DNA of 64,000 bases from Occultella glacieicola (GCF_004353825.1 NZ_SMNA01000006.1:248001-312000); one strand, 5' to 3'; shown: positions 38,595 through 48,768, numbered from the stretch's first letter. Numbers and translations are program-made. Notes: generated by a model from the letters alone, not told the origin.

Positions 38595-39401
38595 TCATGG
38601 CATCAGCCCGCCGGAGTTCGGGCCGAGGGTCTGGCCGAGGAACAGTGCGGAGGCGTCCGAGAGCAGGAAGATCACGGCGTCGGCGACCTCCTCGGGCTCG
38701 GCGAACCGTCCGAGCGGGAGTTCGGCCATGCGCTTGCGCCCGACCTCCCCGTCCATCACCGTCCGGCCCATGTCCGTGTTGATCACGCCGGGCGCGACGG
38801 CGTTGGCTCGCACGCCCCGCTGCCCGAACTCCCGGGAGATCGACTTCGCCAGGGCCATCACGCCCGCCTTGGCCGCCGCGTAGTGCGCGACGCCCGGCCA
38901 GCCGACCTGCCCCAGCCGTGAGGCCACGTTCACGATCGACCCGCTGCCCTGTTCCAGCATGATCGGGAGCACCGCCTGACTGGTCAGGAACATCGACGTC
39001 AGGTCCGTCCGGATCACCGTGTCCCACTGCTCCTCGGTGATCTCGAGGAACGCGTTCTCGGGCATGATCCCGGCGTTGTTCACCAGCCCGTCGATGCGCC
39101 CGAACGCCTCGTGGGTCGCGGCCACGACCCGGGCGATCTGCTCGCGATCGCGCACGTCGCAGCGTCGGACGAGCGACCGTCGGCCCAGGGCCTGGATCTC
39201 GGTCGACGTCTTCTCCGCTCGTTCGTCACTCGTGTGGAACGTGAACGCCACGTCGGCGCCCGCTGCCGCGGCGGCCAGCGCCACGCTCCGTCCCAGCCCC
39301 TTCGCTGCTCCGGTGACCAGGACGACGCGGCCCGCCAGGGGGCCGCTGCTGGGACCGGTCCGTGCCGGCCGTGGGTCGGAGATCGCTGTCGGTGTCGCCA
39401 T
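38595..39401 (-). CDS. SDR-family oxidoreductase (FabG-like)
   Basis: TGAAKGLG, NNAG, YAAAK, NAVAPG; GGAGG before ATG 39401. Confidence 0.94.
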   Translation of the reverse strand: MATPTAISDPRPARTGPSSGPLAGRVVLVTGAAKGLGRSVALAAAAAGADVAFTFHTSDERAEKTSTEIQALGRRSLVRRCDVRDREQIARVVAATHEAFGRIDGLVNNAGIMPENAFLEITEEQWDTVIRTDLTSMFLTSQAVLPIMLEQGSGSIVNVASRLGQVGWPGVAHYAAAKAGVMALAKSISREFGQRGVRANAVAPGVINTDMGRTVMDGEVGRKRMAELPLGRFAEPEEVADAVIFLLSDASALFLGQTLGPNSGGLMP

Positions 39402-39416
39402 TGAACCCTCCAAATC

Positions 39417-39429
39417 GGAAGCGCTTTCA
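39417..39429. promoter_or_regulatory. LacI-type operator 1
   Basis: GGAAGCGCTTTCA between the divergent SDR and amidohydrolase genes. Confidence 0.75.
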
Positions 39430-39446
39430 GTCTAGACTTCCACGAC

Positions 39447-40511
39447 ATGACCTCAAAAGCAACCAGCCCGACGGCGCCCGGCGGCGACCCGGTCATCGAC
39501 CTGCACGCGCACATCCTGCCGCCCGCACTCCTGCACGCACGTGCGTGGTCCGGCGTGCCCGACCCGTGGCGCCCGGCAGCCGTCGGGCCGGACCGGGCGG
39601 CCGCCGCGGACGAACCCTGGTTGCAGGTCACGATCGGCGATCGACCCACCTCCCCGATCCCACCGGCCCTGGTGTCCCTACCGCAGCGCCTCGCGACGAT
39701 GGACCACCTCGGGGTCGACGTCCAGGTGGTCTCGCCATGGATGGAGCTGTACCCGCGTGGGCTCGCCGCGGATGGCGTGGAGGCGCACGTCCGGGTCATC
39801 AACGACGCGGTGGTGCAGGAGGTCCACGCGGCTCCGGGCCGCCTCCTCGGCCTGGGCATGGTCCCGCTGACGAGCGGCGCCGCCGCCGCACACGAGGCCC
39901 GACGCGCCGTCGCCGAACTCGGCCTGGCCGGCGTCATCGTCGCCACCTCCGGTGTCGGTCTCCCGTTGGAGGACGCCGACCTCCGCCAATTCTGGGCCAC
40001 AACCGCCGAACTGGGCGCCGTGGTCCTGATCCACCCCGTGCTGCCCCTCGCCGCGGAACGGATGCGGGTCCCCCCGCTCGGCGATCTGATCGGGCATCCA
40101 CTGGAGACCACCACGGCGGTCGCCACCCTGCTGCGCACCGGGATCCTCGACCGCCATCCGGACCTGCGCCTGGTGGTGCCGCACGGTGGCGGCGCCATCC
40201 CCGCGCTGGCCGATCGCATCGGCGCACTCTGGGAACACTCCGGCGGCCCGGTGACGGCCACCGCGCCGGCCGCGACCCTCGGGCGGATCCACTACGACGT
40301 GCTCACCCACTCCGACCGTGCGCTGCGCTGGCTCGAGGAGTTCACCGAGCCCGGCCGACTCGTCCTCGGCACGGACTACCCGTTCGCCACCGGAGACGTC
40401 GATGCGCTCGCCCGGGCCCGCCGGGTGCTGACCTCTGCGTCCCTTCCCGGGGCGCTCGGGCGGAACGCCGCGGCCCTCCTGCCCCACGGCCTCCGGACAC
40501 CCCGTGCTTGA
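39447..40511 (+). CDS. Amidohydrolase_2 family protein (ACMSD-like decarboxylase/hydratase)
   Basis: IDLHAH, LIHP, HGGGAIP, LGTDYPF. Confidence 0.88.
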   Translation: MTSKATSPTAPGGDPVIDLHAHILPPALLHARAWSGVPDPWRPAAVGPDRAAAADEPWLQVTIGDRPTSPIPPALVSLPQRLATMDHLGVDVQVVSPWMELYPRGLAADGVEAHVRVINDAVVQEVHAAPGRLLGLGMVPLTSGAAAAHEARRAVAELGLAGVIVATSGVGLPLEDADLRQFWATTAELGAVVLIHPVLPLAAERMRVPPLGDLIGHPLETTTAVATLLRTGILDRHPDLRLVVPHGGGAIPALADRIGALWEHSGGPVTATAPAATLGRIHYDVLTHSDRALRWLEEFTEPGRLVLGTDYPFATGDVDALARARRVLTSASLPGALGRNAAALLPHGLRTPRA

Positions 40512-40545
40512 CAGGCTGACCGCTTCGATATAGAAAGCGCTTACA
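40508..40545 (+). promoter_or_regulatory. Promoter (-35 TTGACA) overlapped by LacI-type operator 2
   Basis: TTGACA at 40508-40513; AGAAAGCGCTTACA at 40532-40545. Confidence 0.75.
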
Positions 40546-40585
40546 GCTTCGTCCTCGAACCTCACCCCAACGGCGGGAGCGCACA

Positions 40586-41749
40586 GTGGAAGACATCCGG
40601 CTCGGCATCATCATGAACGGCGTCACCGGGAGGATGGGCACCCGGCAGCATCTCGACCGTTCGATCATCGCGATCCGCGATCAGGGCGGCCTCGAGCTCG
40701 GGGACGGGCGGCGCATCGTCGTCGACCCGATCCTGGTCGGCCGCAATGCCGCGAAGGTGGAGCATCTCGCGAAGCAGTACGGCGTGGAGCGGTGGACCAC
40801 GAACCTCTCCGAGGCCCTCGCAGGTGACGAGGACACGATCTACTTCGACGCACAGACCACGAACCGGCGTTTCGACGCCATCGCGGAGGCCATCGGGGCC
40901 GGGAAGCACATCTTCTGCGAGAAGCCGACCGCGACCAGCCTCGCCGACGCCCTCGAGCTCGCCCGGCTCGCCAAGGAGGCGGGCGTCGTCTCGGGGGTCG
41001 TGCAGGACAAGCTGTTCCTGCCCGGGGTCCGCAAGCTCAAGCGTCTGATCGACGGCGGGTTCTTCGGCGAGCTCATCAGCCTTCGCCTCAACTTCGGCTA
41101 CTGGGTGTTCGAGGGCGACTGGCAGCACCTCAACCGGCCGTCCTGGAACTATCGCGCCGAGGACGGCGGCGGCATCATCCTCGACATGTACCCGCACTGG
41201 CGGTACGTGCTGGACCACCTGCTCGGACCGGTGCGGTCCGTCCTGTGCCACTCCCAGGTCCACATCCCCGGCCGGTGGGACGAGAACGGGCAGCCGTACA
41301 CGGCCACGGCCGAGGACGCCTCCTACGGCATGTTCTCCTTCGACTCGGACGTCGTCGCCCAGTTCACCACGTCCTGGGTGACCCGTCCCTACCGGGACGA
41401 GATCGCCGAGTGGCAGCTGGACGGGACCCTGGGCAGTGCGATCGCCGGCCTGCGGAACTGCCGAGTCCAGTCGCGGGCGAACACCCCGATGCCAGTCTGG
41501 AACCCGGACATCCCGAACCCGATCGACTTCCGGGCCGGCTGGCTGGAGGTGCCGGACAACGGCGAGCACGAGAACGCCTTCAAGGTCCAGTGGGAGATGT
41601 TCCTCAAGCACCTCGTCGGATCCCACGAGCAGTTTCCCTGGGACTTGCTCGAAGGTGCCAAGGGCGTCCAGCTCGCCGAGTTGGCGCAGCAATCGGTCGA
41701 CGAACGCCGCTGGGTCGACGTTCCGGAACTCCGGATCCCCGCATCATGA
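40586..41749 (+). CDS. Gfo/Idh/MocA-family oxidoreductase
   Basis: MNGVTGRMG, HIFCEKP, VQDKLFLPG, RPSWNYR...GGGIILDM. Confidence 0.92.
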   Translation: MEDIRLGIIMNGVTGRMGTRQHLDRSIIAIRDQGGLELGDGRRIVVDPILVGRNAAKVEHLAKQYGVERWTTNLSEALAGDEDTIYFDAQTTNRRFDAIAEAIGAGKHIFCEKPTATSLADALELARLAKEAGVVSGVVQDKLFLPGVRKLKRLIDGGFFGELISLRLNFGYWVFEGDWQHLNRPSWNYRAEDGGGIILDMYPHWRYVLDHLLGPVRSVLCHSQVHIPGRWDENGQPYTATAEDASYGMFSFDSDVVAQFTTSWVTRPYRDEIAEWQLDGTLGSAIAGLRNCRVQSRANTPMPVWNPDIPNPIDFRAGWLEVPDNGEHENAFKVQWEMFLKHLVGSHEQFPWDLLEGAKGVQLAELAQQSVDERRWVDVPELRIPAS

Positions 41750-41791
41750 CCGGTGTGGCCGCTCGCGTGGCGTCGGAACGGGGTCCGGACC

Positions 41792-42598
41792 ATGGCTGAT
41801 CCCAGCAGGCTCTCGCTCAACCAGATCACGGTCCTGTCCTGGGATCTCGCCCGGGCCGTCCGCGGGTGCGCCGAGCACGGGATCGGTTCCGTCGGGGTCT
41901 GGATCGACAAGGTGGAGGAGGCCGGACTCGCGCAAGCCGTCCGGTTGCTCCGCGACCACGACCTCGAGGTGTCGAGCGTGTGCCGGGCGGGCTTCTTCAC
42001 CGACGACCGCCCGGCGGCCACGATCCGGGCGGAGAACGCCCGCGCCGTCGAGATCGCCCACGAGGTCGGCGCCGCCTGCCTCTACATCGTCTGCGGTGGG
42101 CTGGGCCCCGACCGGGACCTGGCCGGTGCCCGCAGCAGGTCGCTCGAGGGGCTCCGCGACCTCGCCGACCTGGCGGGCGCGGCCGGGGTGCGGCTGGCCC
42201 TCGAGCCGCTCCACCCGATGATGTGCGCCGACCGGGGTGTCGTCGTCACGCTCGACCAGGCACTCGACCTGGTCGACGAGATCGGCGACGACACCGTCGG
42301 GGTCGCCGTCGACACCTACAACGTCTGGTGGGACCCACGGCTCGGCGGGGCCATCGAGCGGGCCGGCGACCGGGTGATCGGGTACCAGGTCTGCGACTGG
42401 CTCGTGCCGCAGCCCCATCCGACGTTCGGCCGCGGGATCCCGGGCGACGGCGTGATCGACCTCCGCTCCGTGACGACCGCCGTCGAGGCCACCGGCTTCA
42501 CCGGCGCCATCGAGGTCGAGATCTTCAACGAGGACGTCTGGGCCACCGATCCCGACGACGTCCTGACCGCCATCCGCTCCTCGTTCGAGCTGGTCTGA
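41792..42598 (+). CDS. Sugar-phosphate isomerase/epimerase (xylose-isomerase-like TIM barrel)
   Basis: RLSLNQIT, ALEPLHPM, VDTYNVWWD, QVCDW, EVEIFN. Confidence 0.9.
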   Translation: MADPSRLSLNQITVLSWDLARAVRGCAEHGIGSVGVWIDKVEEAGLAQAVRLLRDHDLEVSSVCRAGFFTDDRPAATIRAENARAVEIAHEVGAACLYIVCGGLGPDRDLAGARSRSLEGLRDLADLAGAAGVRLALEPLHPMMCADRGVVVTLDQALDLVDEIGDDTVGVAVDTYNVWWDPRLGGAIERAGDRVIGYQVCDWLVPQPHPTFGRGIPGDGVIDLRSVTTAVEATGFTGAIEVEIFNEDVWATDPDDVLTAIRSSFELV

Positions 42599-42655
42599 GC
42601 GGTGCGTGGCGGATCGTCACCGGCCCGCCACGCACCGCCGCCGGCCGGCGCCGGG

Positions 42656-43687
42656 TCAGGCGGGCGGCGGCGCCGTACTCTGCCGCATGATCACGTTGCC
42701 CTGATAGGACACCGTCCGCGGCACGGCCGACTCGGTGAGCGCGAGGTCGACGGCCTGCTGCCCCACGAGGTCGAGCGGAATGCTCACCGTGGTCAGCGCC
42801 GGAGTGATCTGCGCGGCCAAGGGCACGTCCGCGAACCCGGCGACGGACACCTCACCGGGCACGTCGACGCCGAGCCTCTGCAGCCCGGCCACCACGCCGG
42901 CCGCGACCACGTCGAAGACGCCGAACACGCAGGTGGGCCGATCGGGCGAGGACTTGATCGCCTCCGCGACCCGCATCCCGGCCTCCCGGGAGGTGTCGCC
43001 CGGATAGAGGTTGTCCTTCGCCACCTCGATGCCGTGATCGGCGAGCCCCTGGCGGAAGCCGTCGACGCGGTCCCGGACCGTCACCAACGCCGTCGGCCCG
43101 ACGGCGATCGCGAAGGTGCGGTGCCCGAGCTCCACGAGCGCATGGGCGAGACTGCGTGCGCCCTCCTTGTTCCCGACCACCATCCGGTGCCCGACCCCAC
43201 GTCCGCCGGCGAGGGAGACCACGACCCCGCCGGCGGCCTCGAACTTCGAGAGCTCGTCCATGATCGGGCCGTACTGGGCCTTCTGGGTGTACCCGCTCGC
43301 GGCCATGATGATCGCCCGCGGCCGCTGGGCCCTAAGCAGTTTGACGTACTTCAGTTCCGATGCCGGGTCGCGGTAGGTGCACACCATCGTGACCAGCAGG
43401 TCGTGCTTGTCCGCGGCGCGCACCACCGAGCTGGAGAGCAGCCCGAAATAGGCGTCACTGACATCGTGGACGACGAGCCCGATCGTGTTCGACGTGGCAC
43501 TCGCAAGCGCCCGAGCGTGCAGATTCGGTTCGTAGCCGAGTTCCGCCGCCGCGGCCAGGACCCGCTCCCGCAGGTCCCCCCGACCCCGATAGGTCGGCGA
43601 GTTCGCGTTCAGGACCCTCGACGCCGATGCCAACGACACCCCGGCCAGTTCGGCCACGTCCTGCAGGCGCACGGTCGTACGCTTCAC
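42656..43687 (-). CDS. LacI-family transcriptional regulator
   Basis: VRLQDVAELAGVSLASASRVLN; PALTTV; start uncertain (43687-43720). Confidence 0.93.
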   Translation of the reverse strand: MKRTTVRLQDVAELAGVSLASASRVLNANSPTYRGRGDLRERVLAAAAELGYEPNLHARALASATSNTIGLVVHDVSDAYFGLLSSSVVRAADKHDLLVTMVCTYRDPASELKYVKLLRAQRPRAIIMAASGYTQKAQYGPIMDELSKFEAAGGVVVSLAGGRGVGHRMVVGNKEGARSLAHALVELGHRTFAIAVGPTALVTVRDRVDGFRQGLADHGIEVAKDNLYPGDTSREAGMRVAEAIKSSPDRPTCVFGVFDVVAAGVVAGLQRLGVDVPGEVSVAGFADVPLAAQITPALTTVSIPLDLVGQQAVDLALTESAVPRTVSYQGNVIMRQSTAPPPA

Positions 43688-43788
43688 GGCATCCACCCTC
43701 CCGATCTGCCGGCCCGTCACAGGCGACGCGGTGCCCGAGGTGCGCTATCCCCGGCGGTCGCTTGTCTCGGGCGCAGTCTATCCCTATC

Positions 43789-43802
43789 CGAAAGCGCTTA
43801 CG
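43789..43802. promoter_or_regulatory. LacI-type operator 3
   Basis: CGAAAGCGCTTACG upstream of the lacI gene. Confidence 0.72.
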
Positions 43803-43926
43803 TCATTGAGATCGATCGGCGCGTCGCCGGTTCGCACCGTGAACGACGCGTCCAATCTGAACCGTTGGCGATAGATTCTCTCCAAGCGAAGGCCTCAGAG
43901 TCGCACAAGGAGGAAACCCGAAGACC

Positions 43927-43971
43927 TTGCGCAACAGCAGGGTCGGTTCTATCGTACTGAAAGCGCTTTCG
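43927..43971 (+). promoter_or_regulatory. Promoter and LacI-type operator 4
   Basis: TTGCGC-N17-TATCGT followed by TGAAAGCGCTTTCG (43958-43971). Confidence 0.75.
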
Positions 43972-44000
43972 ATGCGCTGTTCATACTCCAAGGAGGCAGC

Positions 44001-45233
44001 ATGACTACGAAGACGTGGGCGGCAACCGCCGCAACGACTGCCGCGATCGCTCTGGCCGTGGCCGGTTGCGCCGGCCAGTCCGGCGGTGGCAGCGACGGCG
44101 AGGAGAACCCTGACGATCCGATCGTCATCGGTGTCTCCCTCCCCCTGACCGGTGACTTCGCCGAGCCCGGCAAGGGTGTGCAGCGCGGGTACGAGGTCTG
44201 GGTCGACGAGATCAACGCGAACGGTGGCCTGCTCGGCCGTCAGGTCGAGCTCATCGTGCTGGACGACGGCTCCGACGCGGCGCGGATCGTGTCCGACTAC
44301 GAGTCCCTGATCGCGCAGGAGGGGGTCGACCTCCTGTTCGGTCCGTTCTCCACCCGACTCGTCGTGCCATCGGCTCGGGTCGCCCAGGAGTACGGCATGC
44401 TCTTCGTCGAACCCGCCGGCGCCGCCGCCGAGGTGTTCGAGTCCGGCTTCGACAATCTGTTCTACGCGGCGCCGGCCATCGCCGACGACCACTACAACCA
44501 CCTCGCGGAGTACATCCTGTCGATGCCGGAGGACATCCGGCCGCAGACCGCTGCCTACGCCGCCCAGGACGACCCGTTCGCCCAGGGCACCGCCTACGGG
44601 TTGCGGGACCAGTTGGAGGCGGCCGGGATCGAGACCGTCGTCGACGAGGTGTATCCACCGAACGCCACCGACTTCAACCAGATCGCCGCACAGATCGCGG
44701 CCGCGGATGCGGACATCGTCGTCGGCGGCACCCTCTACCAGGACGCTGTCAACCTCATCATCGCGATGCAGCAGCTCGGCTACCAGCCGCGGATGGCCGC
44801 GTTCTCCACGGCGCCGACGAACCCGGAGTTCCCGGAGGCGCTCGGCTCCGCCGTCGAGGGGATCCTGTCCCCCACCGGCTATGCGCTCGAGGCGAGCTAT
44901 CCCTCGAACGTCGAGTTCGTCGAGGCCTACAACGAGATGTTCGGCACCGACCCCCAGGAGGACGAGGCGAACGCCTACACCACCGGCCAGGTGGTCGCGG
45001 CGGCCGTGGAAGCCGTCGGGTGCGCCGAACAGGGCGAGTGCCAGCAGCAGCTGATCGACTGGCTCCGCACCAACTCGGTGGAGACGGTGGTCGGTGAGCT
45101 CAGCTGGGACGAGGCCGGCCGACCCCAGGGCGCCCACATGATCCTCCAGTACGTCGGCGGCGAGATCCAGATCGTGCTCCCCGAGGGCGAGGCGCAGATG
45201 ACCGAACTCGTCTACCCGAAGCCCGAGTGGTGA
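44001..45233 (+). CDS. Liv/HAAT-type ABC transporter substrate-binding lipoprotein
   Basis: Lipobox VAGC; IVIGVSLPLTG, INANGGLLGRQVEL. Confidence 0.93.
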   Translation: MTTKTWAATAATTAAIALAVAGCAGQSGGGSDGEENPDDPIVIGVSLPLTGDFAEPGKGVQRGYEVWVDEINANGGLLGRQVELIVLDDGSDAARIVSDYESLIAQEGVDLLFGPFSTRLVVPSARVAQEYGMLFVEPAGAAAEVFESGFDNLFYAAPAIADDHYNHLAEYILSMPEDIRPQTAAYAAQDDPFAQGTAYGLRDQLEAAGIETVVDEVYPPNATDFNQIAAQIAAADADIVVGGTLYQDAVNLIIAMQQLGYQPRMAAFSTAPTNPEFPEALGSAVEGILSPTGYALEASYPSNVEFVEAYNEMFGTDPQEDEANAYTTGQVVAAAVEAVGCAEQGECQQQLIDWLRTNSVETVVGELSWDEAGRPQGAHMILQYVGGEIQIVLPEGEAQMTELVYPKPEW

Positions 45234-45240
45234 TCGACGA

Positions 45241-46128
45241 GTGGTCTCCGGCGCTCTGATCTTCCAGAGTCTGATCCTGGGCCTGATGCTGGGAGGGCTG
45301 TACGCCCTCCTGGCATCAGGGCTCACGATGTACTTCGGGATCATGCGGGTGGTGATGTTGGCGCACTCGGCGGCGATCATCCTGTCCGCCTACATCGCCT
45401 GGCGGTTCGCGACCCTGACCGGCCTCGACCCGATGCTGTCCCTGCTCGGGACCGTGCCCGTGTTCTTCCTGATGGGGTTCCTCACCCAGCGGCTGCTCGT
45501 GTCCCGGCTGAGGCCGGCGACGATGTCGATGATGTCGGTGCTGCTGACCTTCGCGATCGCCCTGATCATCGAAGGACTGCTCGGGTATTTCTTCACCGGT
45601 ACCCAGCGTCGGATCAACCTCCCCTACGGCACCGCGAGCGTGAACGTGCTGGGGGCCTCGCTTCCCGTGGTGCAGATCATCTCGTTCCTGCTGGCCACGG
45701 TCAGCATGGCCGCGCTGTACGTGGTCCTCAAGAAGACCCGCTTCGGCTGGGCGCTGCGAGCAACCATCCAGCACAAGGAGGCCGCCCAGCTCGTCGGCAT
45801 CAACACCGAGCGGCTGTCCGGCTACGGCTTCGGGCTGGGCCTGGCCACCGCGGCGGTCGGGGGTGCGGCCCTCTCGCTCCAGGTCACCATCTACCCATCG
45901 CTGCACTGGCACTGGATCGGGCCGCTGATGGCAATCATCGTCGTCGGTGGGCTGGGGAGCATCCCTGGCGCCGCCATCGCGGCCCTCGTCCTCGGCACCA
46001 TGCGGGTGATGCTCGAGATCCCGTTCGGGCCGACGTGGGCCCAGACGATCTTCTTCGTCGCCCTCTTCGTCACCCTGATGGTCCGTCCCCAAGGATTCTT
46101 CGGAGGTCGTCTTGCCCAGCGCTTCTGA
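45241..46128 (+). CDS. Liv-type ABC permease (LivH-like)
   Basis: GGLYALLASGLT, TRFGWALRA, VGGLGSIPGA. Confidence 0.93.
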   Translation: MVSGALIFQSLILGLMLGGLYALLASGLTMYFGIMRVVMLAHSAAIILSAYIAWRFATLTGLDPMLSLLGTVPVFFLMGFLTQRLLVSRLRPATMSMMSVLLTFAIALIIEGLLGYFFTGTQRRINLPYGTASVNVLGASLPVVQIISFLLATVSMAALYVVLKKTRFGWALRATIQHKEAAQLVGINTERLSGYGFGLGLATAAVGGAALSLQVTIYPSLHWHWIGPLMAIIVVGGLGSIPGAAIAALVLGTMRVMLEIPFGPTWAQTIFFVALFVTLMVRPQGFFGGRLAQRF

Positions 46129-47269
46129 CCACATCGTCGGCACCGGCGTCGCCCGGACCCGCGACCGTGGCGTCGTCCGGATCATCAAGGGCGTCGTCCT
46201 GCTCGCCGGAGCTGCCCTGCTCGTGAGCTGGCCGTCGCTCGCGGCGAACCCCTACCTGGTCTCGGCCGGCGTCGTCGTCCTCAACTACGCGGTGTTCGCG
46301 AGCTCCTGGAACATCATGGGCGGCCTCACCGGGTACATCTCGCTGGGACATGCGGCCTACTTCGGACTGGGCGCCTACGGCACCGCGCTGCTGATCCAGA
46401 ACTTCGACATACCGTCGTTCGGCGCCTGGTTCCTGGCCGGACTGCTCACCCTGGTCATCGCGATCCCGGTCGGCTGGGCGGCCCTGCGGGTGCGTGGCGC
46501 GTCGTTCGTCATCGTGACGATCGCCCTGGTCCTCGTGCTCGCCCTGATCTTCCAGAGTCTGCGCGGGATCACCGGCGGTTCGGACGGGCTGATCGTGCCG
46601 CGTCCGTTTCCCGACCTCCTCCGGCCCGAGCACCACGCCACGTTCTACTACATCTACGCCGGTCTGCTCGCGGTGGTCCTCGCGGTCTGGTTCGTGATCG
46701 CCCGGTCCCGGTTCGGAGCCGGCCTCAAGGCCATCCGGGAGGACGAGGACAAGGCCGAGTCGCTCGGGATCCCCACCACCCGGTACAAGGGCATCGCCCA
46801 CGCGCTGTCGGCCTACTTCGTGGCGCTCGGCGGTGGCCTGTACGCCCTGTGGTTCGGCGACCTCGACCCGATCATGCAGTTCTCCGTCCTGCTCAGCGCC
46901 GAGGTCGTGCTGATGGCCCTGCTCGGCGGCGTGCGGTTCCTGCTCGGCCCGCTCGTCGGGGCCATCATCGTCGGCACCGCACTGGAGTACTTCGTCCTCA
47001 ACTTCGGGGAGACCCAGCTGCACCTGGTCGCGACCGGCATCCTGCTCGCCGTCGTCGTGCTGTTCCTGCCCGACGGCGTGCTGGCCGGCCTGAGTGAACT
47101 GGTCGCCAGGTTCCGCCCGCAGGCCACCTCGATCCGGGAGATGACCGCGGAGGAGCTGCAGAACCAGCGCGTCTCCGAGGTCCGCCCCGGGTCCGGCGTC
47201 GACGCGGACCCCACGTCGTCCGAACGCAGCGAGCAGGAGCTCGCACCCGTGGAACGGAGTCCGTCATGA
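46112..47269 (+). CDS. Liv-type ABC permease (LivM-like)
   Basis: GYISLGHAAYFGLGAY, AIREDEDKAESLG. Confidence 0.93.
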   Translation: MPSASDHIVGTGVARTRDRGVVRIIKGVVLLAGAALLVSWPSLAANPYLVSAGVVVLNYAVFASSWNIMGGLTGYISLGHAAYFGLGAYGTALLIQNFDIPSFGAWFLAGLLTLVIAIPVGWAALRVRGASFVIVTIALVLVLALIFQSLRGITGGSDGLIVPRPFPDLLRPEHHATFYYIYAGLLAVVLAVWFVIARSRFGAGLKAIREDEDKAESLGIPTTRYKGIAHALSAYFVALGGGLYALWFGDLDPIMQFSVLLSAEVVLMALLGGVRFLLGPLVGAIIVGTALEYFVLNFGETQLHLVATGILLAVVVLFLPDGVLAGLSELVARFRPQATSIREMTAEELQNQRVSEVRPGSGVDADPTSSERSEQELAPVERSPS

Positions 47270-48039
47270 CCGCCACCGTCGAGCCGACCTCACCCGCGCC
47301 GGCGACGCCGAGTGTGCTCAGCACCCGTGGCCTGACGAAGTCCTTCGGTGGCGTGCACGCCGTCCGGGACGTCTCGGTCGGCTTCCTCGAGGGCAAAGTC
47401 AACGGGCTGATCGGGCCGAACGGGTCCGGCAAGACCACCTTCTTCAACATGGTCACGGGCATGATCAAGCCCGACTCGGGCGAGGTCATGCAGGGCGAGC
47501 GCTCCATCACCCGCTGGGCCCCGCACCGGATCGCCCGGCTGGGCATCGGCCGCAGCTTCCAGCTGTGCCGGGTGTTCCCCCGCCTGACCGTGCTGGAGAA
47601 CCTGCTGGTGGCGGTGCGCCCCACCTCGCTCGCCTCGGCCCTGCTCGGCGCGCACCATGCCCCGACCGTCGCGCGGGCCCGGGAGATCCTGGCGCGGGTC
47701 GGCATCGAGCACCTCGAACACGCCGAGGCGCGGGACATCTCCTACGGGCAGCAGAAACTCCTGGAACTCGGTGGCGTGCTGATGGCGGACCCCCGCATCA
47801 TCATGCTCGACGAGCCGGCCGGAGGCGTGAACCCCGCCCTCATCGAACGGATCGCCACCCTCATCCGGGAGCTCAACGCCGAGGGCCGCACGTTCATCGT
47901 CGTCGAGCACAACATGGATCTGGTGATGAACCTCTGCGACCACATCGTGGTCTTCGACCGCGGGCGGCCGATCGCGGCCGGGGTGCCCGCCGAGATCCAG
48001 TCCGACCCAGCCGTATTGGAGGCCTACCTTGGAGTCTGA
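47266..48039 (+). CDS. Liv-type ABC ATPase (LivG-like)
   Basis: GPNGSGKTT, ISYGQQK, LDEP, VLEAYLG. Confidence 0.95.
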   Translation: MTATVEPTSPAPATPSVLSTRGLTKSFGGVHAVRDVSVGFLEGKVNGLIGPNGSGKTTFFNMVTGMIKPDSGEVMQGERSITRWAPHRIARLGIGRSFQLCRVFPRLTVLENLLVAVRPTSLASALLGAHHAPTVARAREILARVGIEHLEHAEARDISYGQQKLLELGGVLMADPRIIMLDEPAGGVNPALIERIATLIRELNAEGRTFIVVEHNMDLVMNLCDHIVVFDRGRPIAAGVPAEIQSDPAVLEAYLGV

Positions 48040-48760
48040 CCTGCTCCTCGAGCTGAAGGATGTCGAAGCCGGCTACGGGAAAGCCGCGCTGGTGCTGCGC
48101 GGCCTGTCGATCGAGGTGGCGCGGAGCTCCATCGTCTGCCTGGTCGGGCCGAACGGCGCCGGCAAGTCGACGGTGCTGAAGGTGGCCAGCGGCCTGCTCA
48201 GGCCGCGCTCCGGGCAGGTCCTCCTGAACGGCGAGGACATCACCGGCCGCAGCCCGCAGGACCTCCTGCGCCAGGGGTTGGCGCACGTGCTCCAGGGGCA
48301 CAGCGTGTTCCGCGAGATGACGGTCGCGGAGAACGTCCGCCTCGGCGGGTACACGGTGCGGGACCAGGCGACCATCAGCGAGCGGATCGGCCTGGTCCAG
48401 GACCTGTTCCCGGTGGTGGGCGAACGCTGGGATGCCATGGCCGGACTGCTCTCCGGCGGTCAGCAGAAGCAGGTCGAGTTCGCCCGGGCCCTCATCGCGA
48501 GTCCGCAGGTGATCCTGCTCGACGAACCCTCGATGGGTCTGGACCCGAAGACGACCGCCACGGTGTTCGAGCAGATCGTCCGGATGCGCGATGCCGGGGT
48601 GGCCGTCCTGCTCGTCGAGCAGAACGCCCGCCGGGCGCTGGAGACGGCGGACGTCGGGTGCGTCCTCGACCTCGGCCGGGTCCACATCTCGGGCCCGGCG
48701 ACCGACCTGCTGGGTGACTCCCGACTCGGCGACCTCTATCTCGGCGGCCGCGCCCGCTGA
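48029..48760 (+). CDS. Liv-type ABC ATPase (LivF-like)
   Basis: GPNGAGKST, LSGGQQK, LDEPSMGL, VEQNA. Confidence 0.95.
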   Translation: MESDLLLELKDVEAGYGKAALVLRGLSIEVARSSIVCLVGPNGAGKSTVLKVASGLLRPRSGQVLLNGEDITGRSPQDLLRQGLAHVLQGHSVFREMTVAENVRLGGYTVRDQATISERIGLVQDLFPVVGERWDAMAGLLSGGQQKQVEFARALIASPQVILLDEPSMGLDPKTTATVFEQIVRMRDAGVAVLLVEQNARRALETADVGCVLDLGRVHISGPATDLLGDSRLGDLYLGGRAR

Positions 48761-48768
48761 CCCGAGGC

